The notes below the pieces were generated by a model that made no database searches, was not told the origin of the DNA, and was given only the letters and a program-made list of their open reading frames with translations. A DNA stretch of 32,000 nt from Candidatus Nitrosotenuis uzonensis (GTDB lineage Archaea; Thermoproteota; Nitrososphaeria; Nitrososphaerales; Nitrosopumilaceae), in the NCBI RefSeq assembly GCF_000723185.1, contig NZ_CBTY010000008.1:202677-234676 (forward strand), given 5' to 3'. Shown here piece after piece: positions 16,548 through 24,528 of the stretch; the first letter of the stretch is position 1; each line of letters opens with the position of its first letter. A program made the position numbers and the translations under genes.

Positions 16548-16572
16548 ATATTTCAAAATTCGAATTTAGAAA
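16548..16572. repeat. Palindromic intergenic repeat, copy 3 (ATATTTCAAAATTCGAATTTAGAAA)
   Basis: Core identical to copy 1. Lies directly upstream of the TATA-like box of peptide gene 16283-16504 and downstream of the stop of peptide gene 16654-16893. Confidence 0.8.
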
Positions 16573-16653
16573 GAACAGAAATCTGCACGGTCTAATCAGA
16601 TGCACAATACCGCCAAAGGATTAGGTAAATTAAAAAACGAAAAAGGGGGTCGG

Positions 16654-16893
16654 CTACTGGTTTCTACTCTGCTGACCTTTTTGGAGCCCTGTTGATGCCT
16701 GTTTTAGGCCGTTACACAGATCCATGCCGCAGACTTTGGAATTACTGTGCTTTTTGCCGGTACTAGTATCCTTCAGGTATGTTCCTTTGGATTTGACTGC
16801 TTCAGCATCTGGAACGAATTCGAATGCGGTAGCTACTACTCCGAACAGCAGCAAGCCTGCAGAAAGTACAGCCGCAAACATTATCTTATTCAT
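16654..16893 (-). CDS. Small secreted Lys-rich peptide with a CGMDLC Cys pair (79 aa precursor)
   Basis: MNKIMFAAVLSAGLLLFGVVATAFEFVPDAEA looks like a signal peptide, followed by VKSKGTYLKDTSTGKKHSNSKVCGMDLCNGLK.... The ATG at 16893 has TTTAATAAT 22-30 nt upstream. Shares the DAEA junction and VCGxxLC motif with 16283-16504. Confidence 0.6.
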   Translation of the reverse strand: MNKIMFAAVLSAGLLLFGVVATAFEFVPDAEAVKSKGTYLKDTSTGKKHSNSKVCGMDLCNGLKQASTGLQKGQQSRNQ

Positions 16894-16959
16894 AATCACG
16901 GGACTGTGATCTGGATTATTAAACTGTTCTAAGAAATTAATCATAGAAAAGATCTGAAC

Positions 16960-17277
16960 TCAGACTTCGTCTCTCCAGATGGTTGGAAGTCTTTCAATTT
17001 TCTCGATTATCTCAAGTGCAAGATCGCTGTTTCGCTCTTGCAACGCGACAGAGAAATCATAACCAAGCTTTATGGCTTCTGGAGAAAGTTCTTTGAGGTT
17101 TTTCAGATCTCTTCCTTCAGTTCTAACTCTTTCTCCAAGTGCGCACGTCTTCCAGTTATCTGAGAGGTCTTGGTGTTTCTGGGTCAGTTCGTCCTGAAGT
17201 CTTGCACGCCATTCCTTTAACTCCATCTTTTTTATGAGCTGTTCTGTTTTCTGGGAATAAAACACTCTCACGGACAT
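16960..17277 (-). CDS. Hypothetical protein (about 105 aa)
   Basis: ORF 18-30 nt downstream of 17308-17805 on the same strand. Predicted helical and charged. No recognisable family. The start could be the ATG at 17277 or the TTG at 17289. Confidence 0.45.
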   Translation of the reverse strand: MSVRVFYSQKTEQLIKKMELKEWRARLQDELTQKHQDLSDNWKTCALGERVRTEGRDLKNLKELSPEAIKLGYDFSVALQERNSDLALEIIEKIERLPTIWRDEV

Positions 17278-17307
17278 AATTGTGTACAAAACTAGAAATT
17301 CTTTTCG

Positions 17308-17805
17308 CTATTGCTTGCCTGCCAGTATTTGATCTAAGGCTTTTGACATTTTTTCTATGCCGTATTTGTTGATCATCGCAGAAAGTTGTCTTATTATGAG
17401 TGCATTTTCTACATCTGAATTAGTATTGTCTTGTTTTGACTGCTTCTGCACTGGCACATCTGTGCCTGAACTGAACATATTCAATTCCTCCTCAAATTTT
17501 CGCTGTGCCTCCTTGATCTTCTCAAGATGTGACACCTTATTCTGTATGTGTGCATTAACGAACTTGACGAACTGATTTGCGTTTCTGGTATCGTTACCTG
17601 CTTCTGCGAACTTGTCCTTTACTTTCTCAGAATGTTCCCTTGTATCTATCTCTTCTTCTTTAAAGTACAACTTTCTGAACGTAGGGCCGAACGGATCCTC
17701 GTCATTTTGAGACGTATCCTGTTTTTCGAGATACTTTCTGGGCACGGAATCCTTGCCTGAATGAAGATAATATGGTCTTTTTTGTAACAAACAAACAAAC
17801 AGCAC
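17308..17805 (-). CDS. Hypothetical charged/coiled protein (up to 165 aa)
   Basis: Long ORF with no recognisable family. The N-terminus is uncertain: the first 10 codons overlap a (CAAA)4 microrepeat, and there is an in-frame GTG at VPRKYLEK. Confidence 0.45.
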   Translation of the reverse strand: MLFVCLLQKRPYYLHSGKDSVPRKYLEKQDTSQNDEDPFGPTFRKLYFKEEEIDTREHSEKVKDKFAEAGNDTRNANQFVKFVNAHIQNKVSHLEKIKEAQRKFEEELNMFSSGTDVPVQKQSKQDNTNSDVENALIIRQLSAMINKYGIEKMSKALDQILAGKQ

Positions 17806-17889
17806 CAGCAGGCGTGCATTTGCAATTTCAACACTTTGTTAAAACTCGTTTATCACGATTCTATTAAGAATTGAGCCTCCAACCATTTT

Positions 17890-18231
17890 GTGGAAGAGTT
17901 AGACCTAAAGTTGTATTTGGCAAAAAAGCCAACCGACGAGCAGATAAAAGCACTTCAGGATTATTTCAAGGAAGTCCCAATTGAAGAAATTCTGGTAGGG
18001 CTAAAGTTTGCAAAAAACAGATGGTCAGCAAAAGATGCCGGTGTACTCAAAGTAGGCAGAAAGAGCATAATCCAAAAAGAAATTCATTCCGTTACAAGTG
18101 AGCAAGCGCAGTGGAGACTCAAGAACTGGAAAATGATGATAACAAACTACAGACGTAGAGGATACAGCTACCCGACCATATCTAGAATCAAGAAAATTCT
18201 AATTGAAAAAAGCAAAAAAAAGTCTAAATGA
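17890..18231 (+). CDS. Hypothetical basic protein (113 aa)
   Basis: GTG-initiated ORF, divergent from 17308-17805. Lys/Arg-rich C-terminus. No recognisable family. Confidence 0.4.
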   Translation: MEELDLKLYLAKKPTDEQIKALQDYFKEVPIEEILVGLKFAKNRWSAKDAGVLKVGRKSIIQKEIHSVTSEQAQWRLKNWKMMITNYRRRGYSYPTISRIKKILIEKSKKKSK

Positions 18232-18880
18232 TTGATTCTTTTCTTTGAAGTGCTGGGCTTGGAATCCCTGTAGGCGGTTCCGGAATACTTGCTCTTGCCT
18301 GTCCTTCAATCACAGACTGAGCTTCCTCAAGTATTGCCAGAGTGTCAGCATTCGGACTGTATGTCGTCATAGTTGAATCTGCAGAGTTCATTGATGAACC
18401 AGTGAGCACGTCTCCGAGTATTTGCGAGAGGTTTTGCATTGAGTTTGTAGCCTCAGGCATGATTCCTGAGAGAGACGCACCGAGTCCTTTGATTACAGAC
18501 ATGCACGGACTGAGTGTGACCACTATATCTCCAAGCTCTGATACTGTGTTCAATCTAAGCTGAATCTGTTCTAACGCCAATTTTGCGCCGTTTACCATGT
18601 TGTGCATTTTTCTTATCTCTAATAATTCGGTTGCATACGCCTTTGCATGCATGTTGTTGTTTGATTTTTGTGCAGCAATAATTTTGTTAAAAATATAATC
18701 GTGTTTTTGTTTGATTTTCAATGCAATTGAATCTAGCTTGACAATCTGGAGCTGCAAGTTTTTTTGTGCCACATCTATTTTGTTCTTTAGCGGCACATCG
18801 GGCTTTACTTTGTCCAGTATCCTCTGTGAGAGGTTATCTGATCTTCCAAAATCATTCCATTTGTCGCTTATTGACCCCAT
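18224..18880 (-). CDS. cdvB: ESCRT-III / Snf7-family cell division protein CdvB
   Basis: Helical-hairpin pattern PLKNKIDVAQKNLQLQIVKLDSIALKIKQKHDYIFNKIIAAQKSNNNMHAKAYATELLEIRKMHNMV...LEQIQLRLNTVSELGDIV. Pro-rich C-terminal IPEPPTGIPSP. The ATG at 18880 is preferred because TTTAAAA sits about 30 nt upstream. Confidence 0.8.
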   Translation of the reverse strand: MGSISDKWNDFGRSDNLSQRILDKVKPDVPLKNKIDVAQKNLQLQIVKLDSIALKIKQKHDYIFNKIIAAQKSNNNMHAKAYATELLEIRKMHNMVNGAKLALEQIQLRLNTVSELGDIVVTLSPCMSVIKGLGASLSGIMPEATNSMQNLSQILGDVLTGSSMNSADSTMTTYSPNADTLAILEEAQSVIEGQARASIPEPPTGIPSPALQRKESII

Positions 18881-18968
18881 TTTCTTAATATTGGTAAAAA
18901 AATTAGTTTTAAAGCGGTTTGTAACCGATGATACTGTCACTCCGGTTACATGGTATAGCAGTTACATT

Positions 18969-20060
18969 CTATCCGAAGGTAAATGTGTAGATCTCAAAGC
19001 CTGGCGAGTTCACTCGTATCTCCATTACCTGAGATGTGGCAATCTCAGAGTCGACCAAATTATACAAAGTGAATTCTGATATGCTGGCCTTGCCGTCACT
19101 GACATCACTTCCAGAGATTTCTGCCGGTATTGGTATGTCGTTTATCAAAATATCCAGATCGGATTTGCCGCCTGCTACTATGTTAACTTGTTTTGCATGG
19201 TATGGCAGAACTATCTTTCCAGTATCCGAAACTAACACCATGCGGTCTTCGAGATTCTTCCATGTGCCCTCAAGGTAAAAGTAGTTTTCGTGAATCTTAT
19301 CGGGTATGGAGTATATGACATCTCTTTCAGGTTGGAATCCCTCCTGATTTCCCAGCTTATTTCTACCATATGCAAAATTGTATCCAAAATAAAGTTCTGG
19401 CGTTCTTGAACTGTGCTCGAATTCTCTTATTTCCACTAGTGGTTGCGCCACTGCTATGTTGAGTCCGATTTTTTCTGCCCTCTTTTGCAGCAGCTCTTGT
19501 ATTACTTTCTCAGTTTCATCGTATGCCCCCTCTCCTATGTGGTCATACCTGATGTATCCTTCATCATCTGCAATGTATTTTCTTGGCCAATATCTGTTTT
19601 CAAATGCGTCCCAGATCTTCTTGTCGTTATCCAAAACTACTGGATACTCTATTCCGAATTTTTCTACCGCAAGTCTTACGTTGTTGATGTCCTTTTCAAA
19701 TTCAAACTCGGGTGAATGTATGCCAACTATTACAAGACCTTTGTCAGAATAGCGTTCATGCCATGCAGTAAGATAAGGGATCGTCCTCTGGCAGTTTATG
19801 CAACTATACGTCCAAATATCGTACAAGACGACCTTGCCTCTAAGATGGTCTTCTAGAGTTTGATCCGCATTGATATATCCTGCAATTCCGAGCATTTCTG
19901 GCGCTTTCTTCAAGCCTAGTTTGTCGAATTTATGCATGGCCGTATTTTGAACCGGAACATCAAGTGAGGTGAAATACACTCCTATTCCAACTACGACTGT
20001 GGCTACTATTGCCACCATCAACATTGCGGTCTTTATCTCATCTCTCATATCATCACCCAA
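18969..20060 (-). CDS. Membrane-anchored thioredoxin-fold (TlpA/ResA/DipZ C-terminal-like) thiol-disulfide oxidoreductase with an extra C-terminal beta domain
   Basis: N-terminal TM helix. VVLYDIWTYSCINCQRTIPYL (CxxC) and GLVIVGIHSPEFEFEKD...RYWPRKYIADDEGYIRYDHIGEG match the redoxin pattern. About 150 aa follow the Trx fold. 8-nt overlap with the upstream ccdA-like gene. Confidence 0.8.
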   Translation of the reverse strand: MGDDMRDEIKTAMLMVAIVATVVVGIGVYFTSLDVPVQNTAMHKFDKLGLKKAPEMLGIAGYINADQTLEDHLRGKVVLYDIWTYSCINCQRTIPYLTAWHERYSDKGLVIVGIHSPEFEFEKDINNVRLAVEKFGIEYPVVLDNDKKIWDAFENRYWPRKYIADDEGYIRYDHIGEGAYDETEKVIQELLQKRAEKIGLNIAVAQPLVEIREFEHSSRTPELYFGYNFAYGRNKLGNQEGFQPERDVIYSIPDKIHENYFYLEGTWKNLEDRMVLVSDTGKIVLPYHAKQVNIVAGGKSDLDILINDIPIPAEISGSDVSDGKASISEFTLYNLVDSEIATSQVMEIRVNSPGFEIYTFTFG

Positions 20061-20781
20061 GTAAAAGCGTGTTTAGAATCGGAAAGCTTGCAATACTTGC
20101 AAGCTGATTTGTCAGAACAAGGATTCCAAGTATTATTATGAACGCACCCATGACGAAAGAAAAATATCTCAAATGCTTACTCATTGCTCTGATTACGCCA
20201 GTCATTCTGGAAAAGAACACTCCAATTACTATGAATGGAATGCCAAGCCCCATCGAATATGCCAAAAGCAAAGTGAAAGCCTGGCTTGGGGTTGTGGCTG
20301 CAAGCGTCAGAATACTCCCAAGAATTGGTCCTATACATGGAGTCCATGATGTTGCAAATGCCAGACCGAATACAAATGATAGTGGGTAACTAGTCCTACC
20401 GTTCTGAGGGAAAAATCTTTTCTCAAAATTCAATCTTTGCATCCTAGTGGATAGTAATACGAACGCCCCAAATCCAATTATTATGATGCCTCCAACCTGA
20501 TTGAAACTTGTTGTCAGCCCTGACGCAGTACTGGATAAGACGCTATTTATCACAACTCCAAATATTGAAAACACCACGGAAAATCCAAGCACAAAGAAAA
20601 TTGTATTCATAACTACATTGAGTCTGTTAACCAACAAGGCGGGGCCACGGCTTTTTTGCAGATCTGTTATCGTGGTGCCTGATATGTATGCCAAAAACGC
20701 AGGTATGACAGGAAGTATGCATGGTGCAAGAAAAGATCCTAGTCCTGCTACAGCAGCTACTGCGATTGTAATCTCTGACAA
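20053..20781 (-). CDS. ccdA: Cytochrome c biogenesis / DsbD-family transmembrane thiol-reductant transporter (CcdA-like)
   Basis: Polytopic membrane protein with the two conserved Cys motifs LAPCILPVIP and WTPCIGPILG. TTG start. Confidence 0.85.
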   Translation of the reverse strand: MSEITIAVAAVAGLGSFLAPCILPVIPAFLAYISGTTITDLQKSRGPALLVNRLNVVMNTIFFVLGFSVVFSIFGVVINSVLSSTASGLTTSFNQVGGIIIIGFGAFVLLSTRMQRLNFEKRFFPQNGRTSYPLSFVFGLAFATSWTPCIGPILGSILTLAATTPSQAFTLLLAYSMGLGIPFIVIGVFFSRMTGVIRAMSKHLRYFSFVMGAFIIILGILVLTNQLASIASFPILNTLLLG

Positions 20782-20879
20782 CGATAATCAAGCATGATTT
20801 TTTTATTAAAGGGTTATTCCAAATCCTAGTCAACGTCGATTTTGTATTGCTTTTTATCTAGCTAGGTATCAGTTTTGAT

Positions 20880-20993
20880 ATGAACAAGCGTTTTATCGTA
20901 GTGGGCATTGTCCTAGGACTCATAGTTGCATTTGCAGTGTATGTGGGCTCTCCGATGTTTCTTGGCTATGATATGCAAACTAGAATGCCCTGA
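20880..20993 (+). CDS. Possible 37-aa single-pass membrane mini-protein
   Basis: My own translation: MNKRFIVVGIVLGLIVAFAVYVGSPMFLGYDMQTRMP. ATG start. Overlaps the bioF 3' end by 14 nt on the opposite strand. Confidence 0.2.
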   Translation: MNKRFIVVGIVLGLIVAFAVYVGSPMFLGYDMQTRMP

Positions 20994-22113
20994 ATTTTCT
21001 TCCCGCTCGCTCAAACACATCTAATGCGTTTTCTATCTGCGTATCTGTCAATCGCGCCGTAACTGAGACCCTAATTCTAGCTGATTTCTTTGGGACGGTA
21101 GGATATCTGATTGGTTGCGCAAACACACCGTTCTCATACAAGTATCTTCCAAACTCTAGTGTTTTTTTCTCATCTCCAATTATTAACGGGACTATGTGCG
21201 TTTTCGTATTTATCGCGTATCCTGATTTTTTTAGGCCTTCTCTTAAGCGAAACGCGTTTTTTTGTAGTTTTTTCTGATTCGGTGTCCTATCAAGGCTCAA
21301 CCTACGCAACGAAGCGTCGGCAAGAAATGCCGGAAGCGCAGACGTATAGATAAACGAGCGGGCTCTGTTCACGCACAAATCTATTGCAGATTTCTCAGAT
21401 GCTACATATCCACCAAATGAGCCAAGCGCTTTACTCAGGCTACTTGTATACACATCCACCTTTTTTGCAACTCCAAACAGATGTGCCGTTCCTTTGCCAT
21501 CGTCACCGACCGCAAAATCTCCATGGGCATCATCTACCATCAGAACTGCACCGCATTTTTCGGTGATCTCGGCAATCTCATCAAGACGGGCATAATCTCC
21601 ATCCATGCTGAAAATTCCCTCAGTTATCACAAATTTGGTCTTTGCACTGTTCGACTTGATCTTCTTTAGAAGATCATCTGTGTCGTTATGCTTGTATACA
21701 AGCGTCTTTGCCCTGCAAAGCCTGCATGCCTCAATTATACTTGCATGGTTTAACTCATCACTGAGTATGAGATCCTCGTTTCCAGCAAGGGCTGATACGG
21801 CGCCCAAGTTTGCCATGTATCCTGTAGGAAACACAAGTGCGCCGCGCTGTGATTTGTGTGACGCTAACTTGTCCTCTAGATCTTTGAACAGTATATCATT
21901 CCCTGATACAGATCTTGAGCTTGACTGCATCTGTATGTGTATTGGAGATCTTGCTGATAATCCGAGATAGTCATTTGAGCAAAGGTTTAGGAGTTTTTTC
22001 TTGCCTATGGTGATGTGTGGGCCGCATACCCTGCCGTACCTTAGCTGTCTGTACAGGTTCTCTTTTTTTATCTTCTGCAGCGCCTTTTCTGCGAATCTAA
22101 ACTTTGGCTTCAA
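20980..22113 (-). CDS. bioF: 8-amino-7-oxononanoate synthase (alpha-oxoamine synthase family)
   Basis: PLP alpha-oxoamine synthase motifs: NHASIIE, FSMDGD, SLSKALGSFGGY. Called BioF rather than Kbl from its bio cluster context. Confidence 0.85.
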   Translation of the reverse strand: MKPKFRFAEKALQKIKKENLYRQLRYGRVCGPHITIGKKKLLNLCSNDYLGLSARSPIHIQMQSSSRSVSGNDILFKDLEDKLASHKSQRGALVFPTGYMANLGAVSALAGNEDLILSDELNHASIIEACRLCRAKTLVYKHNDTDDLLKKIKSNSAKTKFVITEGIFSMDGDYARLDEIAEITEKCGAVLMVDDAHGDFAVGDDGKGTAHLFGVAKKVDVYTSSLSKALGSFGGYVASEKSAIDLCVNRARSFIYTSALPAFLADASLRRLSLDRTPNQKKLQKNAFRLREGLKKSGYAINTKTHIVPLIIGDEKKTLEFGRYLYENGVFAQPIRYPTVPKKSARIRVSVTARLTDTQIENALDVFERAGRKFRAF

Positions 22114-23083
22114 GATTAATTTTTTTAATCATTGCTAGGTCCTTGCCCATATCGTTTCCGCCCATTGTAAGGTAGCCTGAGCTTATGATCCCATTGGCCC
22201 CGCTAAGCAAAAGCGTCTCACCAGAATCCTCCAAGTGAACCTCGCGTCCGCCGGAAATTTTTATGATTGAATCAGGTAGCGCAAACCTAGTGACTGCAAA
22301 TGTGCGCAGTATCTCTTCAAATGGAAGCGGCCTTTGCAGCTCAAGAGGTGTTCCGGGCATTGGCACCAGGATGTTAATTGTGACTTCTTCGGGTCTGAGC
22401 CTTGCTAGCTCTGCTATCAATTCTAATCTTTGCTGTCTTGTCTCGCCAAGCCCGATTATGCCTCCAGTACACAGCTCAAGTCCTGACTCTCTTGCGATAT
22501 TAAGAGTGTTGATTCTATCATCATACGTATGTGTGGTGCAAATCTCGCCGAATTTTGATCTTGACGTTTCAAGGTTGTGATTGTATCTGCGAACACCTAA
22601 TAGTTTGAGACGTCTTGCCTGCTCGCGGGTAAGAAATCCGAGGCTGCACTCTATACTGATTCCAACCTTTTCGTTTATCTGAGATATGATATCGCAAACT
22701 TTCTCAAAGTCATGTGTGGACGGCTGGCGCCACGCTGCAACAAGACAGTATGATTCTGCCCCCTCGCTTTTTGCTTTCTTTGCTCTTTCCACAATCTGTT
22801 CTGCGGGTAATAATTGGTATCCATCATTTCCAGTGTTAAAGAATGCCGACTGACCGCAAAACGAGCAATCCTCACTACAATAATTCTTCTTTATATTCAC
22901 AAGTTGCTCGACATCAACTCTGTTTCCCTGAAAGATTCTTGTTATTTTGTTGGCCGCATCGGACAAAACGCCAAGGTATTCCTTTGGTACATCAATGAGT
23001 TTTCCAAGCTCCTCCTCGTTGAGTCTGTTTCCTGCTAGTACCTTTTGCTGATATTCCTGAATGAACTGAGAATCCTCATTCAT
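22097..23083 (-). CDS. bioB: Biotin synthase (radical SAM)
   Basis: CSEDCSFCGQS radical-SAM CxxxCxxC motif, YNHNLETS, and a GGIIGLGET-like block. Confidence 0.92.
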   Translation of the reverse strand: MNEDSQFIQEYQQKVLAGNRLNEEELGKLIDVPKEYLGVLSDAANKITRIFQGNRVDVEQLVNIKKNYCSEDCSFCGQSAFFNTGNDGYQLLPAEQIVERAKKAKSEGAESYCLVAAWRQPSTHDFEKVCDIISQINEKVGISIECSLGFLTREQARRLKLLGVRRYNHNLETSRSKFGEICTTHTYDDRINTLNIARESGLELCTGGIIGLGETRQQRLELIAELARLRPEEVTINILVPMPGTPLELQRPLPFEEILRTFAVTRFALPDSIIKISGGREVHLEDSGETLLLSGANGIISSGYLTMGGNDMGKDLAMIKKINLEAKV

Positions 23084-23149
23084 CGTATTCTAGTCTTAAC
23101 AAACGGTTAATTAAGATTTCAATGGTTAACCTGTGGTCCAGATATCGGT

Positions 23150-24487
23150 TTACAATCGACGTTCTGACAAAATCGATTTTAGAGTCTTTATTGTGCCATC
23201 GATAAGAAAATTCATTTCTTTCTCAGATATAGCAAGCGGCGGCACAAGTACGAGTATGTTCCCAAGAGTTCTCAGGTATACCCCGTTCTTTCTTGCCGCC
23301 TCAAAAACTACCCTGTTTACGGATTTTGTAAATCTTAGCGGTTTCTTTGTTCTCTGGTCTGAGACAAGCTCGATTCCAGCAAGCATGCCTTTGTAGCGGA
23401 TATCTCCTACAATCTCAATTTTTTTTATCTCTCCAAGTCTTCTCGACATGATTCTTGACGTCTTTTTGATTTTTGCAATCAGGTTCGTCTTTTTGTACAG
23501 CATGATATTCTGGTTTGCAACTGCGCACGCAAGGGCGTTTCCTGTATATGTATGCCCATGGTACAAATGCTTCATATCAGAATATTTTCCAAGAAATGAC
23601 TTGTAGATCCTCTCGGTTGTAAGCGTAGCGGCCATTGGAAGATATCCTGCAGTCATCATTTTTCCATAGGCAACTATGTCGGGGGGACTTTTTTGTGCTG
23701 TATATTCTACAAGTGAGCCAAGCCTCCCAAAGCCTGTTGCAATCTCATCAAGTATGAACAGTACGTTGTATTTTCTACATAGTCTGCCTATTTTTGATTG
23801 GAAATCGTTTCTGTATATGTTGACTCCGCCAGCAATCTGAGCACCACTTTCCATTACAAAGGCTGCTACATCATCTCTTGAAAGCGATTTTTCGATTCTC
23901 TCAAGCGTCTGCTCGTAATAGTCTTCAATGCTTGTTTTTCTTGGAATTCTGTAACTGTTTGCAAACGGTATCTGTATTGTCTTGTACATATTTTTCTTGA
24001 ATCTCCAAAAGAATGCCGGAACAAAGCCTACTGACATTGTACCAAAAGTGTCTCCATGATACCCATTCGTGAGAGTAACAAATCTTGTCCTTGCAGGATT
24101 GTTGACATTCTGCCAATATTGGATGGCTATCTTGAATGCAATCTCCATCGCAGTGGATCCGTTATCTGAATAAAACACTCTACTCATGTTGGGAGAAATC
24201 GATACGAGCTTTTTTGCAAGCGATTCTGCCTCTGGATGCGTGAGATTGAAAAGCGACGTATGCGGGGATTTTTTTGACTGTCTTTGAATTGCCGAAATTA
24301 TCTCCCTTTTTGAGTGTCCCCAGACGTTACACCACATGCTTGCAACACCATCTAGCATTCTATGTCCTTCAGAATCTATCAGCCACATGCCCTTGCCACC
24401 AACTATTTCGGTAAATTTATCCCACTCGCTCATCTGGGTATATGGGTGCCACACACTGCTAGGATTTCTCATGACATCTTTGGGCAT
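23150..24487 (-). CDS. bioA: Adenosylmethionine-8-amino-7-oxononanoate aminotransferase
   Basis: Class III aminotransferase: VWHPYTQM N-terminus, SDNGSTAMEIAFK, DEIATGFGRLG. Confidence 0.9.
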   Translation of the reverse strand: MPKDVMRNPSSVWHPYTQMSEWDKFTEIVGGKGMWLIDSEGHRMLDGVASMWCNVWGHSKREIISAIQRQSKKSPHTSLFNLTHPEAESLAKKLVSISPNMSRVFYSDNGSTAMEIAFKIAIQYWQNVNNPARTRFVTLTNGYHGDTFGTMSVGFVPAFFWRFKKNMYKTIQIPFANSYRIPRKTSIEDYYEQTLERIEKSLSRDDVAAFVMESGAQIAGGVNIYRNDFQSKIGRLCRKYNVLFILDEIATGFGRLGSLVEYTAQKSPPDIVAYGKMMTAGYLPMAATLTTERIYKSFLGKYSDMKHLYHGHTYTGNALACAVANQNIMLYKKTNLIAKIKKTSRIMSRRLGEIKKIEIVGDIRYKGMLAGIELVSDQRTKKPLRFTKSVNRVVFEAARKNGVYLRTLGNILVLVPPLAISEKEMNFLIDGTIKTLKSILSERRL

Positions 24488-24528
24488 TGTCCATTAATAA
24501 TCAAACTGAAGATTAATCAAGCAATTAG

